Sequence record: MT416612.2
DNA from: Bacillus phage YungSlug
DNA: 32,000 bases
Reading direction: 5' to 3' (one strand)
Shown here: positions 8,759 to 15,787 of the stretch, one piece after another
Position numbering within the stretch: the first letter of the stretch is position 1
Layout: each line of letters starts with the position of its first letter
The notes under the pieces: model-generated
The model's input: only the letters and a program-made list of their open reading frames with translations
Databases searched by the model: none
Told to the model about the DNA's origin: nothing
Program-made: the position numbers and the translations under genes

Positions 8759-10820
8759 CAAAATGGCTGACGAGTTTAAAAAGAATTATGATTTCTCTGC
8801 TCTTAAATACGATGCTGAAGCAATCGAAGAGTACAAAAAAGAAGTAGAGTCAAAGATGGTGAAGTTCAATTCTAGAATTGACCGTTTTGTATTTCTTATT
8901 AACGAAGGTTATTATGAAGATTTCCTAGCGGTTTATACTTCTGACTTTTTATTAGAGCTGGAAGAGTACGCAAGAAGCTTCAAACACGAGTTTAAGAGTT
9001 ATATGGCCATATCTAAGTTCTATCTTGATTACGCTATGAAAACGAACGATAAGAAGCAATACTTTGAACATTACGAAGACCGAGTTGTTGCTGTAGCGTT
9101 ACATTTAGCTCAAGGAGATACTGAACTTGCTAAACGTTTTGTAAAAGCTATTATTCAGGGCTATCAGCCAGCCACTCCAACCTTCCTAAATGCAGGTAAA
9201 GGTCAGCGTGGGGAAATGGTATCTTGCTTCTTATTAGAGATGGATGACAGCTTAAATAGTATCCAACATGTAGAAGCTATGGCTGGACAACTTTCTAAAA
9301 TCGGTGGTGGAGTTGCTATCAACCTTTCTCGTTTACGTGCTAGAGGTGAAGCGATTAAAGGAATTGAAGATGCTGCAAGTGGTGTTGTACCAGTAATGAA
9401 GCTTCTTGAAGACCGTTTTGCTTACGTAAATCAGCTTGGACAACGTAAAGGTGCTGGAGCTACTTACTTGAATATCTTCCATTGGGATTTAGTTGAGTTC
9501 CTTGATACGAAGAAAATCAATGCCGATGAAAAGTCACGTATCCAATCTTTATCTATTGGTTTAATCGTTCCAAGTAAGTTCTTTGAGATTGCTGAGAAAG
9601 GTGAAGACTTCTATGTATTCAAACCTTTAACAGTATTCGCTGAATACGGAATTGCTCTTGACGATATGCAAATGGATGAATGGTACGATGAACTGGTTGC
9701 TAATCCTAACGTTGGAAAGCGTGCGTTAGATGCTCGTGAAATTCTAGGAAAACTTGCTTTCATTAATTTAAGCTCTGGTTATCCATATTTGATGTTTAGA
9801 GATAATGCGAATAAGGTTCATGCTCTAAAAGAGATTGGAACAATTAAAATGTCAAATTTATGTACTGAGATTTTCCAATTACAAGAGACTTCTTTCATTG
9901 ACGACTATGGTTATGAAGATGAAATTAAGCGTGATATTAGTTGTAACCTTGGTTCTCTTAATATTACGAAAGTAATGGAATCAAGAAACATGGAAGAAAT
10001 TGTATTCTCTGCTATGGATGCATTGACTGCGGTTTCTGATATGTCTGATATTGAGAACGCTCCATCGGTTAAGAAAGCGAATGCTGAACTTCATTCAGTA
10101 GGTTTAGGAGCTATGGATTTACATGGATTCCTTGCTAAAAACAAAATCCGTTACGAGTCTGAGGAAGCTCTTGACTTTGCTAATGTATTCTTTGCTTATC
10201 TTAATTTCTTAACGATTAAAAAGAGTGCGATGATTGCTAAAGAGCGTCAGACGACTTTCAAAGACTTTGAGAAGTCCGAATATGCTAATGGTAATTACTT
10301 TACTAAATATGTAACTGGAAGCTTCCTACCACGAACTGAGAAGGTGAGAGAGGTATTCAGAGGAATTGCTCTTCCAACTCAAGGCGATTGGGTAGAGTTA
10401 GCGAACTACGTTCATAAGTATGGTATGTATCACGCTTATCGTATGGCTATTGCTCCTAATGGTTCGATATCTTACGTTCAAGATGCTACTGCTTCTGTAA
10501 TGCCTGTTCCTGCTCAAATTGAAGCTAGAACTTATGCGAATGCAACAACATATTATCCTATGCCCCATCTTAATGCTGAAACATTCTTCTATTATCAAAC
10601 GGCATACGATACGAGCATGTTCAAGCTTCTTAAATTGGTTTCTGTCATTCAGGAACACGTTGACCAAGGTATTAGTACAATTCTTTATGTTAAATCAGAT
10701 ATTAGCACGAAAGAAATTGGACGTTATATCGTTTACGCTCATAAGTTAGGATTAAAGAGCATCTATTATACTCGTACAGAGAAACAGTCACTTGAAGATT
10801 GTGTTTCTTGTGTAGTTTGA
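8736..10820 (+). CDS. nrdE: class Ib ribonucleoside-diphosphate reductase alpha subunit
   Basis: ATPTFLNAGKGQRGEMVSCFLLEMDD, GGGVAINLSRLRARG, NLCTEIFQ, CNLGSLNI, MAIAPNGSISY, C-terminal CVSCVV. Confidence 0.95.
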   Translation: MNPIELNNKMADEFKKNYDFSALKYDAEAIEEYKKEVESKMVKFNSRIDRFVFLINEGYYEDFLAVYTSDFLLELEEYARSFKHEFKSYMAISKFYLDYAMKTNDKKQYFEHYEDRVVAVALHLAQGDTELAKRFVKAIIQGYQPATPTFLNAGKGQRGEMVSCFLLEMDDSLNSIQHVEAMAGQLSKIGGGVAINLSRLRARGEAIKGIEDAASGVVPVMKLLEDRFAYVNQLGQRKGAGATYLNIFHWDLVEFLDTKKINADEKSRIQSLSIGLIVPSKFFEIAEKGEDFYVFKPLTVFAEYGIALDDMQMDEWYDELVANPNVGKRALDAREILGKLAFINLSSGYPYLMFRDNANKVHALKEIGTIKMSNLCTEIFQLQETSFIDDYGYEDEIKRDISCNLGSLNITKVMESRNMEEIVFSAMDALTAVSDMSDIENAPSVKKANAELHSVGLGAMDLHGFLAKNKIRYESEEALDFANVFFAYLNFLTIKKSAMIAKERQTTFKDFEKSEYANGNYFTKYVTGSFLPRTEKVREVFRGIALPTQGDWVELANYVHKYGMYHAYRMAIAPNGSISYVQDATASVMPVPAQIEARTYANATTYYPMPHLNAETFFYYQTAYDTSMFKLLKLVSVIQEHVDQGISTILYVKSDISTKEIGRYIVYAHKLGLKSIYYTRTEKQSLEDCVSCVV

Positions 10821-10836
10821 TTAGGAGGAGATAAGA

Positions 10837-11826
10837 GTGAAAGCTGTTAACTGGAATAAAAAAGAGGATGAATTTAGTTTAATGTTCTGGAAGCAAAATA
10901 TTGAGCAATTCTGGACTGAAGAAGAGATTGCTGTATCTGCTGATAAAAATACGTGGGTAAACTTGACTCCAGCCGAACAACTAGCCTATAAGCGAGTATT
11001 AGGGGGATTAACTCTTTTAGATACGAAACAAGGTGGAGAAGGAATGCCGTTGATTCTAGTACACCTTGAAAATCTACAAGCAAAATCCGTACTAGCTTTT
11101 ATGGGAGCCATGGAGGAAGTCCATGCGAAGAGTTACAGTCATATCTTCACTACTCTTGCGACTGAAGATGAAATTGAGGAAATCTTTGAGTGGGTTGATA
11201 AACACCCTTTATTAGAAAAGAAAGCTGGAATCATTACAACGTATTATAGAAGTCTTTTAACAGAACACCCTACAAAGACTCAACTATATATGGCGATGGT
11301 TGCTTCTGTATTCTTGGAAAGTTACCTATTCTATAGTGGTTTCTTTTATCCGTTATACCTTGCTGGCCAAGGAAAACTTACTGCTTCTGGTGAGATTATC
11401 AACTTAATTATTCGTGACGAGTCTATTCATGGAGTATTCGTTGGACTTTTAGCTCAACAACTATATGCTCAATTAGACGAACGAGAAAAGTCAATAGTAG
11501 ATGCGGAAACGTATGAACTACTAGACGACCTATTTGGGATTGAGCAAGCTTATACAGAAGAAGTATATGGTGAGATTGGACTTGTAGAAGATGTTACGAA
11601 CTTTATTAAGTATAATGCGAATAAGGCTCTAATGAACATTGCCAAGCCAGCTCATTACGAACATGGTGAGATTAATCCTATTGTATTGAATGGGTTACGT
11701 ACCGAAAGTAAAAACCATGATTTCTTCTCAGTAAAAGGTAATAGTTATATTAAACCAACGCAAGTAGAGAAGATGGATGACAATGACTTCAACTTTGACG
11801 ATGTAGGAGGACTGGAAAAATGGTAA
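10837..11826 (+). CDS. nrdF: class Ib ribonucleoside-diphosphate reductase beta subunit
   Basis: FWKQNIEQFWTEEEI, MEEVHAKSYSHIFTTL, IIRDESIHGVFVGLLAQ, C-terminal DFNFDDV tail. Confidence 0.95.
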   Translation: MKAVNWNKKEDEFSLMFWKQNIEQFWTEEEIAVSADKNTWVNLTPAEQLAYKRVLGGLTLLDTKQGGEGMPLILVHLENLQAKSVLAFMGAMEEVHAKSYSHIFTTLATEDEIEEIFEWVDKHPLLEKKAGIITTYYRSLLTEHPTKTQLYMAMVASVFLESYLFYSGFFYPLYLAGQGKLTASGEIINLIIRDESIHGVFVGLLAQQLYAQLDEREKSIVDAETYELLDDLFGIEQAYTEEVYGEIGLVEDVTNFIKYNANKALMNIAKPAHYEHGEINPIVLNGLRTESKNHDFFSVKGNSYIKPTQVEKMDDNDFNFDDVGGLEKW

Positions 11827-12074
11827 AAGCAATTAAGTTTGAGAAGAATGGTTGTAAACCTTGTGAAGTGGTTGGTGAGTATATTAAGAATAATGGACTT
11901 ACTGATAAAGTTGAGGTTGTTAATATCTTTGAGAAGCCAGAAACGGCAATTAAATACGGTGTAATGGGCGTACCAGCGTTTATGGTAGTCGATGAAGACG
12001 GAAAAGAACTAGAACGAGTGGTTGGCCAAAATACCGATGCGATTGCAGACTTAATTGAAAAATACAATATCTAA
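11820..12074 (+). CDS. thioredoxin-like redox protein (likely RNR reductant)
   Basis: KFEKNGCKPCEVVGEYI (CxxC) and GVMGVPAFMVVDEDGKE (cis-Pro loop); gene overlaps nrdF. Confidence 0.85.
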   Translation: MVKAIKFEKNGCKPCEVVGEYIKNNGLTDKVEVVNIFEKPETAIKYGVMGVPAFMVVDEDGKELERVVGQNTDAIADLIEKYNI

Positions 12075-12080
12075 ACTCTT

Positions 12081-12108
12081 AAAGACACCGTAACAGCGGT
12101 GTCTTTTT
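12081..12108 (+). terminator. intrinsic terminator of the nrd operon
   Basis: AAAGACACCG-TAACAG-CGGTGTCTTTTT hairpin followed by U tract. Confidence 0.85.
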
Positions 12109-12251
12109 ACACATTTAAAAATTATTTGAAAAACTTTGACAAAACCTGTTGAATAATGTGTAGATAAGTAGTATATTTATATTGCGGGAGGGAAACGCTA
12201 AGAAACAAACCCTGTGAAACTAAAATAATCGAGAAAATAAAAGGAGAGATT

Positions 12252-13028
12252 ATGATGGCGAAAAGAACTTTTGAAATGAATGGTGTAACTTATGAAAGTA
12301 TGTTAGCGATTGCTCGTGAGTTAGGAATTAAACGAGTGTATCCTAAAGACTTTAATAAATATGGTATCGTTGAAACTACTGGCCAAGTTGTAGAAGCTAA
12401 AGTTGAAGAAGTAAAAGCTGAAGAGCCTAAAGTTGAGGAAGCAAAGGTTGAAGAAGCTCCTGCTGAAGAAACTAAAGTTGAAGAAGCTGAAGAAGTTTCT
12501 AACGATAAAGAGGAAGAAGTGGTTGCGGAAGAGAAACCAAAAGCAAAACGTACTAAACTTTCTGAAGAGGAAAGAAAGGCTAGACGTAAAGAAAGAAGAG
12601 AGAAAAAACGCTTAGAGAAAGAAGAAGCGAAGAAACCAACTCCAGAGATGATTGCCAAAGGTAAAGAGTTACAAGAAAAAGCTGGTTTTGAAAATATTTG
12701 GGCTTGGGCTGTAGAAATGAAACAAAGTTCTTCTGAAGAAGTTTACAAGTTAGCTGAAACTTTAGGAATTACTTGGGAAAAGCACGAAGTTGAAAGAATC
12801 AACCGTATGCATGCTGTACAAGCTATCCGTGAGAATATGTTCCCTGGACAAAAACGTCCTAAAGTTCGTAAGTCACCTTGGAAGGGCGTTTCTAACGAGG
12901 TAATTGAAGGACTTCTAAAAGAAGAAGGAATTGAAGTTGTTAAAACTTCTGACGATAAAATTAATCGTATGAAAATGATTAAAGCTCTAAAAGATGCTGG
13001 TGTAACTCCAGAAGCGGTTAAAAACTAA
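12252..13028 (+). CDS. charged low-complexity protein (hypothetical)
   Basis: ORF with KVEEAKVEEAPAEE-type repeats, then an Arg/Lys-rich stretch and two similar C-terminal segments each containing ...INRMxxxxAI/AL.... Confidence 0.75.
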   Translation: MMAKRTFEMNGVTYESMLAIARELGIKRVYPKDFNKYGIVETTGQVVEAKVEEVKAEEPKVEEAKVEEAPAEETKVEEAEEVSNDKEEEVVAEEKPKAKRTKLSEEERKARRKERREKKRLEKEEAKKPTPEMIAKGKELQEKAGFENIWAWAVEMKQSSSEEVYKLAETLGITWEKHEVERINRMHAVQAIRENMFPGQKRPKVRKSPWKGVSNEVIEGLLKEEGIEVVKTSDDKINRMKMIKALKDAGVTPEAVKN

Positions 13029-13057
13029 GGGCTAAAGCTCCTTTTGGAGCTTCCCTT
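13027..13057 (+). terminator. hairpin / weak terminator-like structure
   Basis: AAGGG-(cta)-AAGCTCC-TTTT-GGAGCTT-CCCTT; no good U tract. Confidence 0.45.
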
Positions 13058-13159
13058 AAAAAATTGTTTGACAAAATAAAAAATAAAATAAAAAGTTGGT
13101 TTTATTATAACGAGAGGTAAAACTAACATTCTTTTGAGAATTGAGAGGAGAAAAAGAAT

Positions 13160-13402
13160 ATGGCAGTAAAAGGTTGGCAAAATCAAACTATGGTGTACTT
13201 AGTAATGTGGAAATCAAAGAGAGCTGAAAACTACACTCTTTCTAAACTTATGAAAACAGAAGTCGGAAAGGACAAGCTAGTTGAAGCGTTAATTCACTTT
13301 GGTTATGACCCTGACGAAATCGTTGTAGTTGAACAAGACCGTATCTGGATTCCAGAAAAGAAAGTTAAAGTCAAAAAGAATCGTAAAGGTGGACTAAAAT
13401 AA
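13160..13402 (+). CDS. hypothetical protein (80 aa)
   Basis: Complete ORF preceded by GAGAGGAG; stop overlaps the next start. Confidence 0.65.
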   Translation: MAVKGWQNQTMVYLVMWKSKRAENYTLSKLMKTEVGKDKLVEALIHFGYDPDEIVVVEQDRIWIPEKKVKVKKNRKGGLK

Positions 13403-14049
13403 TGACTGTACAATTTCACGAAAAAGAGACGCAAAAGCCGATGAAAAATGTGAAAGAGAAAATGCCACCAATGTCGGACGAGTTAAAAGAAGACATTTAT
13501 ACAGAAGTAAAAGAAGCGGTTGAAAAAGGACTATCGAAAAACATCACTTTCGAAATACTGGCTGATACCACTGGCTATTCTGTAAAAGCTATCTCGAATA
13601 CTTTCTATAAGATGCAAAGAGAGCGTGAGGGTGCAAGATTGCCCTCTCGTAAAGGGAAACCAAAGCAGACTAAAGAAGAAGTGGCACAGAAGAAAAGAGA
13701 CTATGCCGCAAAATGGTACCAAGATAATAAAGAGAAGATTGCCCAGCGTAAGAAAGAAGCAAGAGCGAAACTTAAAGGAGAGGAAGTTGAACAAACTTAC
13801 CTACCTCTTGAAGAAAAGGTTGTGGAGGAAGTACCAGTGGAAGAACCAAAAGTTGAAACGGTTGTAGAAGCTGAAGTTGAAGAAAAGCCAAGACCTTCTG
13901 TTGATGCGATGGGAATGGCGACTATGACAAACGCTTTACTAGACCGTATTGAGAAGCTAACGCAAGAGCGTGATGAGTACAAGCTTAGAGCCGAGAATGC
14001 TGAAGCGAAGAATAAACGACTTATCAAACTATTAGATGTAGAGGTGTAA
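13402..14049 (+). CDS. putative HTH-containing, charged hypothetical protein
   Basis: NITFEILADTTGYSVKAISNTFYKMQRE resembles a helix-turn-helix; remainder charged and coiled. Confidence 0.6.
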   Translation: MTVQFHEKETQKPMKNVKEKMPPMSDELKEDIYTEVKEAVEKGLSKNITFEILADTTGYSVKAISNTFYKMQREREGARLPSRKGKPKQTKEEVAQKKRDYAAKWYQDNKEKIAQRKKEARAKLKGEEVEQTYLPLEEKVVEEVPVEEPKVETVVEAEVEEKPRPSVDAMGMATMTNALLDRIEKLTQERDEYKLRAENAEAKNKRLIKLLDVEV

Positions 14050-14050
14050 T

Positions 14051-14242
14051 ATGAAAGTAGAATCTAATGAGACAGAGGTGAGAGTTATTAATCAGGAGCC
14101 ATACGGTGTTATGGTTCTTGATTTAGACTCTGGTATGACTTCCTTTAGTGGAGAAGTACCTTGGCAGACCTTCCAGAAGATGAATAAGACTCTTAAAAGA
14201 GAGCTTAATAACATCAGAAATAATGACATTGAATTAGACTAA
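14051..14242 (+). CDS. hypothetical protein (63 aa)
   Basis: Complete ORF directly downstream of the previous gene. Confidence 0.55.
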   Translation: MKVESNETEVRVINQEPYGVMVLDLDSGMTSFSGEVPWQTFQKMNKTLKRELNNIRNNDIELD

Positions 14243-14266
14243 ACAAGATGATGGAGGGGAAGTTTT

Positions 14267-14524
14267 ATGAGTAACGAACTAGTTTTTAATGACCCAACGG
14301 TGAACTTAATTGGAGTAATGGCTGACGTGATGAAGTCTCGTACCCAATCTATTAAAGTAGTAGCGATTGAGAAAGATAACAAACCGTATGTTTCTTGTCA
14401 GAAATGGTGGAGAAAAGACCCAGAACAACCTTGGCTTGAAGGTAAAGGTTTCCACCTTAGTGAAGAAGAAGCAAAAAGCGTTGTGGAAGGTCTACAAAAA
14501 AGCTTGAACGAATTTGGAAAATAA
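14267..14524 (+). CDS. putative PC4/YdbC-like ssDNA-binding protein
   Basis: KPYVSCQKWWRKDPEQPWLEGKGFHLSEEEAKSVVEGL resembles the YdbC/PC4 layout (...W......GKGITLSEEE...); remote similarity by eye. Confidence 0.45.
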   Translation: MSNELVFNDPTVNLIGVMADVMKSRTQSIKVVAIEKDNKPYVSCQKWWRKDPEQPWLEGKGFHLSEEEAKSVVEGLQKSLNEFGK

Positions 14525-14532
14525 GGTATAAT
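14504..14532 (+). promoter_or_regulatory. sigma-A-like promoter
   Basis: TTGAAC - 17 nt - TATAAT just upstream of the sigma-like gene. Confidence 0.6.
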
Positions 14533-14589
14533 AGTATTTGTCGCTAAAACGATATGTGGAAAATTAGAATACTGGAGGAATGTCTTGTT

Positions 14590-15189
14590 ATGTTAACGTG
14601 GGATGAAGTGTTTGTTCAATTTGAGAATCTAGTGAAATATGCCGCTGGGAACGTTTATAAGGAAAAAGCAGGTTTCGGTGTAGACTCTGCAGTGGGTGCT
14701 GACGATTTATTCCAAATTGGTATGATTAAACTATTCGAATGCTGGCAAAAGTACCAACATCTGCCGATGGAAGAGTTTAAAGCGATTTTCACAACTTCAT
14801 TGTTCCGTGCTGTAAGACGAGGAGCGAAAAATGCTCCAAACTTCTCATTAGAAGAAGCGTTGGTTGGCGAAGGTTCTGAAGATACGTATATTAAGGAGAT
14901 TCATTTTAAAGACGGTCTAGAACACCTTATGGAAGGTCTAGACTCTCCTATTGCGGTTGCTATCTTACAGGAGCTTATCGACCCATCTCCAGCTACGATT
15001 TGGCAAGTATGGGCAGATAATGCTCGAAAGACTCATTTAGTCGAGAATCAAAAGGAAAAGTTAAACATTTCCAAAACGAACAAAATCAAGCTGAAGCATA
15101 TCCGAATGGCTTTGCAACTAACGCATAAGCAATTTAACTTTGGCATTTCCGAGATTAGAAGCAAAGCACCGTATGCTTTTGCTATGTAA
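14590..15189 (+). CDS. putative phage RNA polymerase sigma factor (divergent)
   Basis: DDLFQIGMIKLFECWQKY...MEEFKAIFTTSLFRAVRRG resembles sigma-70 region 2 (DL.QEG..GL..A...F.....F.TYA...IR.A). In-frame ATG at 14590 (ORF-track start 14554). Confidence 0.55.
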   Translation: MLTWDEVFVQFENLVKYAAGNVYKEKAGFGVDSAVGADDLFQIGMIKLFECWQKYQHLPMEEFKAIFTTSLFRAVRRGAKNAPNFSLEEALVGEGSEDTYIKEIHFKDGLEHLMEGLDSPIAVAILQELIDPSPATIWQVWADNARKTHLVENQKEKLNISKTNKIKLKHIRMALQLTHKQFNFGISEIRSKAPYAFAM

Positions 15190-15207
15190 AAAGGGGAGGA
15201 AATATGA

Positions 15208-15705
15208 ATGAACGGTAACGTTATTGAATTAGCTCAGAAATTATTGGAGAAACAAAATGAAGAATCTACTTGCTTTGGGATTGCTCACGACCCAGAGGTG
15301 AAAGAATGTAAGATGTGTGACTTACAGCAGAAGTGTGCTAGTTTAACGCTTGGAAATACAGTCAAGATTAAGGATTTAAAAGCGTTACGACCAGAAACAG
15401 AAGAACTAGTTAAGAAGATTCAAGAAGAGGAAGAAGAGAAGCAGAAAGGCAAAGTTGTAGACTTTGATTCTGACAATCTTACTGCTCGTCAGTTACGTAA
15501 GAAACGTAAGAAGATTCTGAAAGAGAAACTTGGTATGCCTGATACTAAGAAACTTAGTTTGTCTGAGCTATGGACGTTATTGAAAGAACGTGGGGGAGAA
15601 TGCGAAGTTTATGACGATGAAGCAGTCCAAAAAAGACGTTTGTCAATCGCAATTCGTGAATCGTTCATGAAAGAGTATGAAGAAAAGTATGGACATCTAG
15701 AGTAA
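15208..15705 (+). CDS. hypothetical protein with cysteine cluster
   Basis: ECKMCDLQQKC near the N-terminus; complete ORF. Confidence 0.6.
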   Translation: MNGNVIELAQKLLEKQNEESTCFGIAHDPEVKECKMCDLQQKCASLTLGNTVKIKDLKALRPETEELVKKIQEEEEEKQKGKVVDFDSDNLTARQLRKKRKKILKEKLGMPDTKKLSLSELWTLLKERGGECEVYDDEAVQKRRLSIAIRESFMKEYEEKYGHLE

Positions 15706-15740
15706 GAACTACATAACTTATTAACTTCATATAAAACAAG

Positions 15741-15770
15741 GGGTGATGGTTAATTCCGTCACCCTATTTT
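15741..15770 (+). terminator. intrinsic terminator-like hairpin
   Basis: GGGTGATGG-TTAATT-CCGTCACCC followed by TATTTT. Confidence 0.6.
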
Positions 15771-15787
15771 CAAATTGGAGGCAAAAT

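Noticed and set aside
8736-10820. Possible intron or intein in nrdE, a common insertion site in related phages
   Set aside because: The reading frame is continuous with all expected motifs in order and normal length; no inserted HNH/LAGLIDADG domain. The polymerase gene (24827-27502) is likewise uninterrupted.
12138-12170. Sigma-A-like promoter reading (TTGACA ... TAGATA) downstream of the nrd terminator
   Set aside because: Spacer of about 19 nt and a poor -10 make it ambiguous; a promoter is likely here but I cannot fix its elements from sequence alone.
12390-12520. Short tandem-like repeat tract (GTTGAAGAA...)
   Set aside because: Explained by a low-complexity VEE/AEE-coding segment; not a CRISPR array or satellite repeat.
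15743-15787. ORF-track start for the ThyA/SPL-like fusion at 15743
   Set aside because: This segment lies in a terminator-like hairpin; ATG 15788 with TTGGAGG upstream is a better start.
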